Counted from the stretch's first letter, positions 26,987 to 38,104 are shown. The stretch is 64,000 nucleotides of DNA from an uncultured Flavobacteriaceae bacterium (GCA_964593255.1 CAZQGX010000011.1:99-64098); one strand, 5' to 3'. Program-made: numbers and translations. Notes: generated by a model from the sequence alone, not told the origin.

Positions 26987-27160
26987 AGATTAAAAGAAGT
27001 TTGTGCCGCACTTGTTGCAGTACGACGTCTGGATAAAAAAGTTAATGCCATTGCAAAAGTTACGTAAGCAAAATCATAAAAATGTTTACTGGCATAAATT
27101 ATAATTAACAATCTAAACAAAAAATACCATATCACACTTCCGGTGGTGTATCTATAACAC

Positions 27161-27751
27161 CTAAAAAACCCACCTTATTATCAACAATGGGATAACCATG
27201 CCTAAAATGATGGCAGATATTACTTGTACCCAATCTTTCTTTTTAAAACGTAATAACGAGGTAAAAATAAAATTAAGAACTAACATCACTAGTATTACCA
27301 GTAATTGTCCTAATTCTATCCCCAGTGCAAATTCAACAAGCATCAATAATTTACTTTCTGCTCCTGCGGCTAGCATTTTAAAACCGCCAGCAAACCCAAA
27401 ACCGTGTACCAGCCCAAAAAACAATGCAACTATCAAAATGATCCAGTTATTTTGTTCACGACTGCGTTTACCTGCGGTGCTTATATTGTAAAGGGCTGCA
27501 ATAGCAATGGTGACCACAATTAAAAACTCTATATACTCGCTATTAAAGTTTAAATCTCCATAAATAACCAGCAGCAGTGATATTACATGACCTATGGTAA
27601 AGGCAAGACTTAAACCTATTAGTTTTTTCCAACTGTTAAAAAGAAACGGAACCGCAATGAGTATAAAAAACAGCACATGATCATAAGCACCTACATTAAA
27701 ATTCATAACGTGATCAAAACCTTCTGTCACATATAAAATAAAATCTTCCAT
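27161..27751 (-). CDS. HupE/UreJ-family membrane protein
   Basis: 196 aa polytopic. GFDHV... and GLVHGFGFAG motifs are typical of HupE/UreJ. Confidence 0.7.
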   Translation of the reverse strand: MEDFILYVTEGFDHVMNFNVGAYDHVLFFILIAVPFLFNSWKKLIGLSLAFTIGHVISLLLVIYGDLNFNSEYIEFLIVVTIAIAALYNISTAGKRSREQNNWIILIVALFFGLVHGFGFAGGFKMLAAGAESKLLMLVEFALGIELGQLLVILVMLVLNFIFTSLLRFKKKDWVQVISAIILGMVIPLLIIRWVF

Positions 27752-27983
27752 AAATTCACTATTATCCTATGTAAAATTCAAAAGTAAGCTAATGAGACAA
27801 AGCTTAAAAGTGTTTAACATATTTACTATTCAACCACTTGTTTTTATAAAGGTATATATTACATTTTAAACTGTATGTGATTTGGGTTTTTATTATTGCT
27901 TTTAATGCAAATAAGTTTATTGACAGGTTGAATAATGTTGACGGTTTAAAAACTATGCTATATCTTTACAACAATTAATAAAT

Positions 27984-28397
27984 ATGAAGTCATTTTACAC
28001 CATTTGTTACGTGAGTAAAACCGCTGCTCATGTTACCGATCAGCAAATAGAAGAGCTGTTTGAATACACTGCGGCGTGGAATAATGATCACGACATAAGC
28101 GGTATTTTACTACATTCACTTGATAACTTTTTTCAGGTTCTAGAGGGCAAAGAAAAAGACTTACTCGCCTTATATGAGAGAATTAAAGAAGACCCTAGAC
28201 ATGGGGATATTTATGAAGTGTATAATAAACGCACCGCGCATCCTGTTTTTAAAAATTACAAATCTACTTTTGATATTGTAAAAACTGCCGCCGATTTAAA
28301 AATGCTGCTTACTTATCTTAATCAAGACCTTTATAACAGTACCAATTTGAAATTGAGAAGGTTGCTAAAACCGTTTGACATGCTAGGCGAGTTTTAA
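27984..28397 (+). CDS. BLUF-domain blue-light photoreceptor (short, stand-alone)
   Basis: Y.I.YVS...ISGILL....FFQVLEG......LY.RI..DPRH pattern. Confidence 0.85.
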   Translation: MKSFYTICYVSKTAAHVTDQQIEELFEYTAAWNNDHDISGILLHSLDNFFQVLEGKEKDLLALYERIKEDPRHGDIYEVYNKRTAHPVFKNYKSTFDIVKTAADLKMLLTYLNQDLYNSTNLKLRRLLKPFDMLGEF

Positions 28398-28814
28398 AAG
28401 AAGATATAATATCATAATAATTCTTGTGCAATGAATCCCGAAAAGCTATTTTAGTATTGAATATTATAAAGACATTTAAAGATAAACCTCATTTTTACAC
28501 CTTTCTTTTAAAGCAGTTCATCAAGAATAGCAAACAGTCTTCTTTAATTTTAATTTTCAATTGATCTTAAAGCAGTTGAATTTGCCAGAATTATGGTGTT
28601 GATTTATTTGCAGTTGAAAGTATTTGTGTGTGCATTTTATTATCTCCTAATTGTATATTTCAAAAGTAAAGCAACCTAGTTTCTTAATCAGTCACGACTG
28701 ATAACATGTATTAGAAGCGCATAATTAAATTAGAATCTTCCATTGTCATTTTATAAAACATATCTATAATTAAAAACCTTAAGTTTGTGGTATGAAAGAA
28801 ACACAACTACATTT

Positions 28815-29819
28815 ATGACGGGCATCGTTTATAGATCTACAGGCAGCTGGTATGAAGTAAAAGGAGAAGATGGTGCTTTTTATTCTTGTAGAATCAAGGG
28901 TAAATTCCGTTTAAAAGGCATAAAAAGTACTAATCCTGTTGCCGTAGGTGATCGAGTAGATTTTGAAATCGAGAAAAAAGGCGATGAAGAGATAGGAGTC
29001 ATAAATGTGATTCATGACAGGGATAATTATATCGTTAGAAAATCGGTAAATCTTTCTAAACAAACCCACATTATTGCTGCAAATATAGACCAGCTTTTTT
29101 TATTAGTCACTTTAAACAATCCGCCTACATTTACTTCTTTTATAGACCGAGTGTTAGTAACTGCCGAGGCTTACCAAATACCAGTAGTCATCACTTTTAA
29201 TAAAGTAGATACTTATAATGATGATCAAAGTGAAGTTTCTATAGATCCAGAAACAGGAGAAGAACTACTCACCATGACAGAGTTAGACCAGATAAGGTAT
29301 TTAATGAGTCTTTATAAATCCATAGGTTATGAATGTATTGCCATAAGTGCCGTATCAGGTAAAAATATCGAGAGTATAAAAGAAAAAATGAAAGGTAAGA
29401 CCAGTATGTTTACAGGACATAGTGGTGCAGGAAAAAGCACTCTTGCAAATGCCGTACAACCTGGGCTAGAATTAAAAACCAAAAAGATTTCAGACCAGCA
29501 CAAACAAGGGCAACACACCACTACGTTTGCCGAAATGTTTGATCTTGATTTTGATGCAAGATTAATAGATACGCCGGGTATTAAAGGATTTGGTGTGGTA
29601 GATATGCAAGAAGAAGAAATAGGGGATTACTTTCCTGAAATCAAAAAACTGCAACAAAAATGTAAATTTCATAACTGCTTGCACATAGAAGAGCCTAAAT
29701 GTGCGGTAAAAGATGCCGTAGAAAATGGTAAAATGGTGTTAAGTCGTTATGAAAGCTATGTGCAAATAGTTAAAAATGACGACGATCAGTATCGTGTAGA
29801 TAAACACCTATTGCAGTGA
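28815..29819 (+). CDS. rsgA: Ribosome small-subunit-dependent GTPase A
   Basis: Circularly permuted GTPase (NKVD, GHSGAGKST, DTPG) and a C-terminal zinc knuckle CKFHNCLHIEEPKC. Start set at ATG MTGIVY; the track ORF begins at an upstream TTG. Confidence 0.9.
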   Translation: MTGIVYRSTGSWYEVKGEDGAFYSCRIKGKFRLKGIKSTNPVAVGDRVDFEIEKKGDEEIGVINVIHDRDNYIVRKSVNLSKQTHIIAANIDQLFLLVTLNNPPTFTSFIDRVLVTAEAYQIPVVITFNKVDTYNDDQSEVSIDPETGEELLTMTELDQIRYLMSLYKSIGYECIAISAVSGKNIESIKEKMKGKTSMFTGHSGAGKSTLANAVQPGLELKTKKISDQHKQGQHTTTFAEMFDLDFDARLIDTPGIKGFGVVDMQEEEIGDYFPEIKKLQQKCKFHNCLHIEEPKCAVKDAVENGKMVLSRYESYVQIVKNDDDQYRVDKHLLQ

Positions 29820-30268
29820 GAGTAGTTATTCAAAGAGTCAGCAAGGCAAGTGTCACTATAAACGATACCGTTCATGCAGCCATCAACCACGGTTTGCTTA
29901 TTCTATTGGGCATCAGTCACGATGATACACAAGAAGATATCAATTGGCTAGTAGGTAAAATCATAGGTATGAGAATATTTTCTGATAGCCACGGCAAAAT
30001 GAACCTCAGCGTGCAAGATAATAAAGGGGAATTACTAGTTATTTCACAATTTACGCTATTTGCAAGCACTAAAAAGGGCAATCGCCCTAGTTACATCAAT
30101 GCCGCAAGTCCAGATATTGCAGTACCTTTATATGAAACTTTTATAAGTACGCTTTCGCGAAAGCTGAACAAAAAAATAAAATCTGGAGTTTTTGGTGCAG
30201 ATATGAAAGTACAGTTAATCAACGACGGGCCAGTGACTATAGTGGTAGATAGTAAAAGTAAAGAGTAA
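29816..30268 (+). CDS. dtd: D-aminoacyl-tRNA deacylase
   Basis: MRVVIQRV start, SQFTL and NDGPVT motifs. The GTG start overlaps the rsgA stop. Confidence 0.9.
   Translation: MRVVIQRVSKASVTINDTVHAAINHGLLILLGISHDDTQEDINWLVGKIIGMRIFSDSHGKMNLSVQDNKGELLVISQFTLFASTKKGNRPSYINAASPDIAVPLYETFISTLSRKLNKKIKSGVFGADMKVQLINDGPVTIVVDSKSKE
30150..30165. repeat. Palindromic element, 15/16, inside dtd
   Basis: CGCTTTCGCGAAAGCT, read as T-LSRK-L. Confidence 0.9.
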
Positions 30269-30354
30269 AGAATTAACAAAAAGCTACTTATCAAATTTAC
30301 TAAACAACAAATACAAACCACAGAATTAAATAAAAATATTAAAGCCAAAAAAAG

Positions 30355-30684
30355 ATGTCTTTAAAAAAATCACAAGAACAAGTAGATCAGTGGATTAAAT
30401 CTCACGGAGTACGTTATTTTAATGAGCTCACAAATATGGCGCAACTTACAGAAGAAGTAGGCGAGGTAGCACGCATTATTGCACGCCGTTATGGAGAGCA
30501 AAGCGAGAAAGAAAGCGACAAAAATAAAGACCTAGGAGAAGAACTGGCAGATGTTATGTTTGTGGTACTTTGTCTTGCAAATCAAACAGGTACTGATCTA
30601 GAAACTGCTTTTAATAAAAAACTAGAAACTAAAACAAAACGCGACCACGACCGCCATCATAACAATCAAAAGTTACAACCATAA
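30355..30684 (+). CDS. MazG-like nucleotide pyrophosphohydrolase
   Basis: EEVGEVARII....LGEELADV acidic helix motifs, 109 aa. Confidence 0.75.
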   Translation: MSLKKSQEQVDQWIKSHGVRYFNELTNMAQLTEEVGEVARIIARRYGEQSEKESDKNKDLGEELADVMFVVLCLANQTGTDLETAFNKKLETKTKRDHDRHHNNQKLQP

Positions 30685-30687
30685 ACA

Positions 30688-31956
30688 ATGGATTTAAAAC
30701 TCTTTAAAGTTAGCCAGCCTATAAGTGATGTACACCTTACTATTTCAGGGTCAAAAAGTGAAAGCAACCGCTGGTTGATCTTGCAAGCACTTTATGACCA
30801 ATTACAAATTGAAAACCTATCAGATAGTGATGATAGTGAGTACTTACAGCGAGTGCTATGCAGCAAAGAAAATATTCTTGATATAGGTCATGCAGGTACG
30901 GCGATGCGTTTTGGTACGGCTTTTTTTGCTTCACAACAAGGGCGGGAAATTACACTAACTGGTAGCAACCGCATGAAACAGCGCCCCATAGGTATACTGG
31001 TAGAAGCCCTTAAAGACCTAGGCGCTGAAATTACCTATTTAGAAAATGAAGGCTTCCCACCTTTAAAGATTATCGGTAAAACTTTAAAAGGTGGGCACCT
31101 GTCAATAGATGGCAGCATTTCTAGTCAGTTTCTTACCGCTTTGTTGCTGGTTGCACCTAGTTTTAAAAACGGTCTAACCATTAATGTCTATAATGAGATT
31201 ACCTCTAGACCTTATTTAGAAATGACAATGACAATTTTAAAACAAATAGGGGTAGAGGTAAGCAGTAAAACAGCTGCCACATCGCAATCACAAATCCCAG
31301 AAGGTAACATTACGGTCTTGCCACTTTCGCAAATCGCAGTAACAACGGCCGTGGTAGAAAGCGACTGGAGTAGTGCAGGCTATTGGTATAGTTGGGTAGC
31401 ATTGCAAGAGTTTGGTTATCAATTACAAATTTCCTTTTATCATAAAAATTCTTTACAAGGCGATAGCAAGCTAGCCGATATTTACAAGCTGCTAGGGGTA
31501 ACTACTACTTTTACTAATCACGGCATTCAACTAGTAAAAATTCAAAGCAAGTTACCAGAAAGCATTGCCTTAGATTTGACAGGTCAGCCAGACCAGGCAC
31601 AAACGATTTTTGCCACTTGTATCGGGTTGGGAATCAATGCACATTTGACTGGCTTGCACACCCTTAAAATTAAAGAAACAGATAGGCTAGAGGCGATGAA
31701 GGTGGTGGGTTCTCGCTTTCGCGAAAGCAAAATTACCACAACAAATCATTCTATTAAATTACAATTTGACACTGCAACAGCTTTTAATAAAGAGGTGGTG
31801 GTAGATACTTTTCAAGACCATAGAATGGCAATGGCATTTGCGCCGCTGTGTATGAAAACTGCTGTCATTATTAAAGATGCGCTGGTGGTCACAAAAAGTT
31901 ATAAAAACTTTTATAATGACTTAAAAAGCCTAAATGTTACTTCTACAGAAATTTAA
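30688..31956 (+). CDS. aroA: 3-phosphoshikimate 1-carboxyvinyltransferase (EPSP synthase)
   Basis: SGSKSESNR, GHAGTAMRF and DHRMAMAFAP motifs. Confidence 0.9.
   Translation: MDLKLFKVSQPISDVHLTISGSKSESNRWLILQALYDQLQIENLSDSDDSEYLQRVLCSKENILDIGHAGTAMRFGTAFFASQQGREITLTGSNRMKQRPIGILVEALKDLGAEITYLENEGFPPLKIIGKTLKGGHLSIDGSISSQFLTALLLVAPSFKNGLTINVYNEITSRPYLEMTMTILKQIGVEVSSKTAATSQSQIPEGNITVLPLSQIAVTTAVVESDWSSAGYWYSWVALQEFGYQLQISFYHKNSLQGDSKLADIYKLLGVTTTFTNHGIQLVKIQSKLPESIALDLTGQPDQAQTIFATCIGLGINAHLTGLHTLKIKETDRLEAMKVVGSRFRESKITTTNHSIKLQFDTATAFNKEVVVDTFQDHRMAMAFAPLCMKTAVIIKDALVVTKSYKNFYNDLKSLNVTSTEI
31714..31729. repeat. Palindromic element, 15/16, inside aroA
   Basis: CGCTTTCGCGAAAGCA, read as SRFRES. 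Confidence 0.9.
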
Positions 31957-31992
31957 GCATTAATTTACTTGACAACGCCTGTTGCAAAATCG

Positions 31993-32000
31993 TATATTTG
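31993..32000 (+). promoter_or_regulatory. -7 box TATATTTG for queA
   Basis: TAnnTTTG motif, 22 nt upstream of the queA ATG. Confidence 0.45.
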
Positions 32001-32021
32001 TAGCTTGAAATTAATATCCAT

Positions 32022-33074
32022 ATGAAGCTATCCCAATTCGGTTTCGATCTGCCAGAAGATCGCATCGCACAGCACCCCGCAGAAAACAGAGACGAGTCAA
32101 AGTTGATGGTGTTGCACAGGAAATCTGGAAAAATTGAACATAAAATGTTTAAAGATGTGATCGATTATTTTAATGAAGATGACATTTTTGTAATGAATGA
32201 CACCAAGGTTTTTCCTGCCCGTTTATACGGTAATAAAGAAAAAACAGGCGCAAGAATCGAGGTTTTTTTACTTAGAGAATTAAACCCAGACACAAAGTTA
32301 TGGGATGTTCTTGTCGATCCAGCAAGAAAAATAAGAATAGGAAACAAACTATATTTTGGTGAAGATGACAGCCTTGTTGCCGAGGTTATTGATAACACCA
32401 CATCAAGAGGTCGCACCTTGCGTTTTCTTTTTGATGGCAGTTATGAAGAATTTAGACAAGTTCTAAAGGATCTAGGAGAAACGCCACTGCCTAAAGAATT
32501 AAACAGAGAGGTAGAGCCAGAGGATGAAGAACGCTATCAAACCATATTTGCTCAAAATGAGGGTGCAGTTGCTGCCCCAGTTGCAGGGTTACACTTTTCA
32601 AAACATTTATTAAAACGTCTTGAAATTAAAGGTATTAAAAGAACTGCAGTAACCATGCACATAGGTCTAGGTACTTTTGCACCTGTAGAGGTAGAAGACC
32701 TTTCTAAACATAAAATGGATAGTGAGCAGGCTTTTATCACCCAAGAGGCGTGCGACATCGTTAACGAAGGGATCGATAATAGAAAAAATATATGTGCGGT
32801 AGGAACCACCACCATGCGCACGCTAGAAAGTGCTGTAAGTAGCAACGGCCGTTTAAATGCCTTTGACGAGTGGACTAATAAATTTATTTTCCCACCCTAT
32901 GAATTCTCTATTGCTAATAGTATGATTACAAATTTTCACCATCCTAAATCTACATTAATGATGCAAGCCGCTGCTTTTGCTGGGTATGATTTTCTTAAAG
33001 AAGCCTATACAGTTGCTTTAAAAGAAGGTTACAAATTTAGCACCTATGGCGATGCTATGTTGATCATTGATTAA
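32022..33074 (+). CDS. queA: S-adenosylmethionine:tRNA ribosyltransferase-isomerase
   Basis: [19 protein letters not shown] start, [11 protein letters not shown] and NFHHPKSTL motifs. Confidence 0.95.
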   Translation: MKLSQFGFDLPEDRIAQHPAENRDESKLMVLHRKSGKIEHKMFKDVIDYFNEDDIFVMNDTKVFPARLYGNKEKTGARIEVFLLRELNPDTKLWDVLVDPARKIRIGNKLYFGEDDSLVAEVIDNTTSRGRTLRFLFDGSYEEFRQVLKDLGETPLPKELNREVEPEDEERYQTIFAQNEGAVAAPVAGLHFSKHLLKRLEIKGIKRTAVTMHIGLGTFAPVEVEDLSKHKMDSEQAFITQEACDIVNEGIDNRKNICAVGTTTMRTLESAVSSNGRLNAFDEWTNKFIFPPYEFSIANSMITNFHHPKSTLMMQAAAFAGYDFLKEAYTVALKEGYKFSTYGDAMLIID

Positions 33075-33097
33075 CAGTTGCATTACTGATTAAAGGT

Positions 33098-33132
33098 AAA
33101 AACCACTTACATGTCCTGTAGGTGGTTTTTTT
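33098..33132 (+). terminator. Intrinsic terminator after queA
   Basis: CCACTTAC-ATGTCCT-GTAGGTGG followed by T7. Confidence 0.75.
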
Positions 33133-33193
33133 GTTAAAATAGATTTACTTCTTCTTTAATTACCTTAAAAAGGAATATGTAAATGAATTTATT

Positions 33194-33201
33194 TATATTT
33201 G
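33194..33201 (+). promoter_or_regulatory. -7 box TATATTTG for the secreted protease gene
   Basis: TAnnTTTG motif, 25 nt upstream of ATG 33226. Confidence 0.4.
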
Positions 33202-33225
33202 AAAGCTAATTAATAACACACAAAC

Positions 33226-35538
33226 ATGAAAAAAATTACTTTATTGCTGGTATTGTTTGCAGTCCAGACGGTCTTGGCCCAGGTCGATTTTACAGGACCA
33301 CAACCCTTATCATGGAAGTTGACCACTAAATATGATCGCCCTATTGAAAAATTTAAAAACGTTCCTTTTGAACAATTAGCAAAGGAGGACGCTGTAAATG
33401 ACCTAGATAAAAGTATCCCATGGCGATTCGGCTATGATTTTGCAACTAATATTGATCCAGCTACACATGGTCAAAAAGTAACCCTTAATAATGGTGATCA
33501 ATTATGGAGGGTAAGAATACAATCTCCTGGAGCAAAAACCATGAATATCTATTTTGACTGGTATGATTTACGTCCAGGAGCGTGGATGCGAGTTTCTGCT
33601 TATGACCGCAGTGACATTTCAAAACTTTTTACTTACGAGCAAAATAATGAAGATAAAGCATTGGGCATCTGGCCTATTGAGTCAGACGATGTTTGGGTAG
33701 AGTTTTATGAACCTAAAAACGTTATAGGACAAAGTAGATTAGAAATAGGAAACGTGATACACGGCTATCGTACAGCTACAGATTTTAATCAAGCAAAAGG
33801 ACTAAATGATTCAGGCGACTGCAATCATGATGTAGATTGCGATATTACTCCACCAGGTGGTGACCCTTTTAATATTGATCAAGTTAAAGAAGATATGAAA
33901 AAGAGTGTTGCCATGCTAGTAACTAATAATAATGGCTTTTGTACTGGATCTCTTATAAATAATACTGCAAATAATGGGGCGCCTTATTTTATTACTGCAA
34001 ATCACTGTGGTAATAATGTAGCCGGTTGGGCTTTCCGTTTTAACTGGAGAAGTCCTACACCATCTTGTGCTACCACCGCGTCTAGTCCTAATGGAACATT
34101 TAATCAAACAGCATCTGGTGCTACTTTATTAATGAATAATAGTGGTAGCGATACGCAATTGGTTAGAATTACAGATGCTGGTTTTTTTAGCTCAAATCCA
34201 GATGTAGTCTGGAATGGCTGGAATAGATCTGCCACAGATCTTCCTTCTTTGCAGTTTGGAATTCACCACCCAAGAGGTGATATTCAAAAAACTTGTCGAG
34301 ATGATCAAGGAGCAACAAAACAAACGACTAATTTTAATGGTGATCCTAATACTAGAATGTGGAGAATAGCCGATTGGGATCTGGGGGTAACAGAACCAGG
34401 TTCATCTGGATCGCCTTTGTTCAATCAAGAGGGTCAACTGATAGGTGTATTATCTGGTGGCGCGGCAGCTTGTGCAGGTACAAACGATAACAATGCGTTT
34501 GATATATATGGTAGGTTTGATATTGCAATGTCACAAGGTACCAGTGCGTCAAACAGATTAAGCGATTGGTTAGACCCAAACAACACAGGGCAGGTGACAT
34601 TAGGTCGTTTCCCGCCGTTACAGGTTTTTGCAATCGATGCAGGGGTATCTATCAATAACCTTCCTAGCGAGATTTGTAGTAATCCAGTTAGTCCAGTTGT
34701 TCAAATAACTAATAGAGGTTCTTCAACCCTTACTAGTGTAGATATCGTTTATACTTATGATAGAGGTGCCACAAATACAACTATTAACTATACAGGAAAT
34801 CTTGCACAAGGAGCAAGTGATACGGTTTCTTTACCGCCTTATACAGCTACGGGTACTACCACATTAAATGTAAGGCTAGAAAATCCTAATGGTGTGCCAG
34901 ATCAAAATACAGTGAATAACATTATTAGTAGCACCTTTAATTTAAGCAGCTCTCCTTCCTTTGCAGCAAACAATACAGTGATATTTACCATCTTAACAGA
35001 TGACTATGCAAATGAAACCTCGTGGCAAGTAACTAATTCGTCTGGCGCTATTGTTGCAGCTGGCGCAAGGGGTTCTTTACCTAGTAATAATACCACCTAC
35101 AATAGAGTCATTAATATCTCACCAGGAGAATGTTATGAATTTACTATTAACGATGCTGCAAGCGATGGTATTTGTTGTGGTTTTGGTCTAGGAAGTTATA
35201 GTTTATCTACAGATACTGGATTGCAAATTGTTTCAGGAGGTAATTTTGGAGCTTCTGAGGTAACCCCATTTAATATAGATAGTACTGCTGGTCTTGAAGA
35301 CTTATTACAAGATGCTGTCGCTATTTTTCCTAATCCGTCTACAGGTTTATTCAATGTAACTTCTAGTCTTGATGAAGTTAAATACGAGATTTATAGTTTA
35401 AATGGTAAATTAATAACCTCTGGCAATCTGTCAAACGGTAACTCACAAATTAATTTAAATGCCGTTGCTGATGGGCTTTATTTAATGAAGTTATCCTCAA
35501 ATAACACACAAATTACTAAGAAGTTGATTAAGAAATAA
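33226..35538 (+). CDS. T9SS-secreted trypsin-like (S1 family, lysyl-endopeptidase-like) serine protease
   Basis: Signal peptide. TGSLIN...YFITANHC (His) and GSSGSPLF (Ser). C-terminal AIFPNPSTGLFNV...LYLMKLSS..TQITKKLIKK sorting domain. Confidence 0.8.
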   Translation: MKKITLLLVLFAVQTVLAQVDFTGPQPLSWKLTTKYDRPIEKFKNVPFEQLAKEDAVNDLDKSIPWRFGYDFATNIDPATHGQKVTLNNGDQLWRVRIQSPGAKTMNIYFDWYDLRPGAWMRVSAYDRSDISKLFTYEQNNEDKALGIWPIESDDVWVEFYEPKNVIGQSRLEIGNVIHGYRTATDFNQAKGLNDSGDCNHDVDCDITPPGGDPFNIDQVKEDMKKSVAMLVTNNNGFCTGSLINNTANNGAPYFITANHCGNNVAGWAFRFNWRSPTPSCATTASSPNGTFNQTASGATLLMNNSGSDTQLVRITDAGFFSSNPDVVWNGWNRSATDLPSLQFGIHHPRGDIQKTCRDDQGATKQTTNFNGDPNTRMWRIADWDLGVTEPGSSGSPLFNQEGQLIGVLSGGAAACAGTNDNNAFDIYGRFDIAMSQGTSASNRLSDWLDPNNTGQVTLGRFPPLQVFAIDAGVSINNLPSEICSNPVSPVVQITNRGSSTLTSVDIVYTYDRGATNTTINYTGNLAQGASDTVSLPPYTATGTTTLNVRLENPNGVPDQNTVNNIISSTFNLSSSPSFAANNTVIFTILTDDYANETSWQVTNSSGAIVAAGARGSLPSNNTTYNRVINISPGECYEFTINDAASDGICCGFGLGSYSLSTDTGLQIVSGGNFGASEVTPFNIDSTAGLEDLLQDAVAIFPNPSTGLFNVTSSLDEVKYEIYSLNGKLITSGNLSNGNSQINLNAVADGLYLMKLSSNNTQITKKLIKK

Positions 35539-35557
35539 TAAACACTTAATTTATAGT

Positions 35558-35600
35558 AAACGCGTTGTGAGATCTTGTAGTTTTGCAACGCGTTTTTATA
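35558..35600 (+). terminator. Hairpin terminator after the protease gene
   Basis: AAACGCGTTG-18 nt-CAACGCGTTT followed by TTATA. Confidence 0.55.
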
Positions 35601-35609
35601 TACCCTATT

Positions 35610-36650
35610 TTGAAAGAAAAGAAAAGAGACATTAGAGCTTTAAATAAAGAGCAATTGCGAGACTTTTTTGTTGCGCATAATTACCATGCATTTAGAGGTA
35701 ATCAAATTTATGAATGGTTATGGAAAAAAGGAGTGCACACTTTTGATGAAATGACCAATCTTTCTAAAGAAACAAGAGCTTTTCTTGAAGAGTATTTTGT
35801 AATCAATCACATTAAGGTAGACCACATGCAGCGCAGTGCTGATGGCACCATAAAAAACGCAGTAAAATTACACGATGGATTAACGGTAGAATCTGTATTA
35901 ATTCCTACAAATAAAAGAACAACTGCTTGTGTTTCCTCACAAGTAGGTTGTAGTTTAAATTGTCATTTTTGTGCTACAGCTAGATTAAAACGTATGCGTA
36001 ATTTACAACCTGACGAGATTTATGACCAAGTGGTTGCTATAGACGAGCAAAGCCGGCTGTATCACAATCAGCCGTTGTCAAATATTGTTTTCATGGGTAT
36101 GGGAGAACCATTGATGAATTATAATAATGTCCTTAAATCCATTGAAAAAATAACCGATGTAGAAGGACTTGCCATGTCTCCTAAAAGAATAACACTTTCT
36201 ACAAGTGGGATTCCTAAAATGATGATGAAACTTGCAGATGATGGCCCTAAATTTAACCTTGCATTATCACTACATAGCGCAATAGACGAAAAGCGAACTC
36301 AAATTATGCCTTTTAATGAACAGTTCCCATTATCTGATATTAAACAAGCACTTAAGTACTGGTATGAAAAAACAGGCACAAGGGTAACTTATGAATATGT
36401 AGTATGGAAGGGTATTAATGATACTCAAGACGATGTTCATGAGTTGATAAAGTTTTGTAAAGTAATTCCATGTAAAGTAAACATCATTGAATACAACTCT
36501 ATAGACGATGAAAGATTTGAACAAGCAAGTGCAGAAGCAATCGAAATGTACAAGTCACAATTAGAACGTAATCATATTGTAGTAAATGTAAGACGCAGTA
36601 GGGGTAAAGATATAGATGCCGCCTGTGGTCAGCTTGCCAATAAAAGCTGA
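35610..36650 (+). CDS. rlmN: 23S rRNA/tRNA (adenine-C2)-methyltransferase RlmN
   Basis: Radical SAM CSLNCHFCAT and GMGEPL motifs. Start placed at TTG (KEKKRDIRAL) because the track start lies inside the upstream terminator, so the start is uncertain. Confidence 0.85.
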   Translation: MKEKKRDIRALNKEQLRDFFVAHNYHAFRGNQIYEWLWKKGVHTFDEMTNLSKETRAFLEEYFVINHIKVDHMQRSADGTIKNAVKLHDGLTVESVLIPTNKRTTACVSSQVGCSLNCHFCATARLKRMRNLQPDEIYDQVVAIDEQSRLYHNQPLSNIVFMGMGEPLMNYNNVLKSIEKITDVEGLAMSPKRITLSTSGIPKMMMKLADDGPKFNLALSLHSAIDEKRTQIMPFNEQFPLSDIKQALKYWYEKTGTRVTYEYVVWKGINDTQDDVHELIKFCKVIPCKVNIIEYNSIDDERFEQASAEAIEMYKSQLERNHIVVNVRRSRGKDIDAACGQLANKS

Positions 36651-36807
36651 TCACCTTTGTAAAATTTAAAGATTGTTCATTAAGCCATCCTCTAAAAACT
36701 CAAAAACTGTAAAAATAGTACCATTAAGATACTGCTTAAAACCCTGTATCATTATATTGCATTGAATATGAATACATTTAAACGGATATAGCGATTACGG
36801 TTTTTTT

Positions 36808-37095
36808 AACCAATGTTTATATGTAGATAGTGCTTATACTGGCGAAAGTTAAGAAAACATCATTTCAAAGAATAATATGAAAAATGAGGTTCATGAAAAG
36901 GGTAAAAGATCAAATCCTTTGACTGAAGAAAAAAAGTTGAGCAATACAGAAAAATTAAGAACAAGAGCTAGAGTTGAGCATATATTTGGGTTTACTTGGT
37001 TTTTAGCTCAGTTCTTTGTTAGTATTAAAAGAACAAGTGCCACGATTGGTCTTATGAACTTGACATACGACATGTTTAGAATAATTAAAATATAA
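36808..37095 (+). pseudogene. IS5-family transposase C-terminal remnant
   Basis: ...YVDSAYTGES*ENIISKNNMKNEVHEKGKRSNPLTEEKKLSNTEKLRTRARVEHIFG.... It has the D(S/K)(A/G)Y and SxxRxxVEHxFG motifs of IS5-type DDE transposases, an in-frame TAA at 36850, and no N-terminal half. Confidence 0.6.
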
Positions 37096-37414
37096 AATTC
37101 TTGATGAGAACATGCATTTTTTTTAAAACAAATAAAGTTACAAAACATTGTATACCAATATATTAAATGTTAAGATGAAAAAGTGAATCTGTAAAAAAAA
37201 ATAAACTCAAAATTTTAAAAAATAAAGGTAATTGATTTCAAAAATAAAATAACGAGTTATTAGAGATGCCCTTATAAAAATCAAGATACTCATAGGTCTT
37301 TCTAAAAGCATATTTTAAATCAGTTTAAAACTTTAAGCTATTGCACAACTTTCAAATATTTGATAGATGCAATAGTTTTAAAATTAAAGTGAGTAATGTT
37401 TTGATACAAAACTG

Positions 37415-37906
37415 TTGGTTATACTTGATAAAAAAATCAGACAAATGAAGATTAATGAGTTAAATCAAAAACCAGGCATCCAGAAAAATATCAAGCTTAA
37501 CGAGTTGTATGTTCAGTTTGAAAAGCTACTAATTGAATTGCAGAAAAGAGATTTACCTGTTGGGCTGGTTAGGTCAATTAATAAAGACATTGAGGAGATG
37601 AATTTAACTTCTATTTCAGAGGGTGATATGTTTAAAATACTCAAAAAAAAACAAATTAGTATTATCAAATTGCTCGAGAAGGAGGTTAATTTGGTTCCCA
37701 AAAACTACTATCGTAATCTTTGGTTAGCACTTGGAATGGCTGTATTTGGTATACCGATAGGTGTTTTGGTTGGTGCTAGTTTTGGAAATATGGCTTTTTT
37801 AGGAATTGGGTTACCAATAGGGCTACCAATTGGAATTGCTGTTGGCTCTAGAATGGACAAAAAAGCATTTGAAGAAGGAAGACAGCTCGATCTTGAAATT
37901 AAATAG
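37415..37906 (+). CDS. Hypothetical membrane protein with a glycine-zipper segment
   Basis: Helical N-terminal part. C-terminal GIPIGVLVGASFGNMAFLGIGLPIGLPIGIAVG. The start may be the ATG at 37445. Confidence 0.45.
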   Translation: MVILDKKIRQMKINELNQKPGIQKNIKLNELYVQFEKLLIELQKRDLPVGLVRSINKDIEEMNLTSISEGDMFKILKKKQISIIKLLEKEVNLVPKNYYRNLWLALGMAVFGIPIGVLVGASFGNMAFLGIGLPIGLPIGIAVGSRMDKKAFEEGRQLDLEIK

Positions 37907-38088
37907 CATGACAGTGCCTAGCCAAAAGTGGTGGATCAGTACTTAAATTAAGTTTTGTAATGCTATCAATTTTTTGTTTGATTAACAGTTAACTTACTTA
38001 AAAACAATTTGTTAATATAGATACAAAACGCTATTTACTATTTTAACGGCGACTGTGTAAATGTTTAAAATATATACTGTTTAATTAC

Positions 38089-38104
38089 CGCTTTCGCGAA
38101 AGCG
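38089..38104. repeat. Palindromic element, exact
   Basis: CCGCTTTCGCGAAAGCGG, intergenic. Confidence 0.95.
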
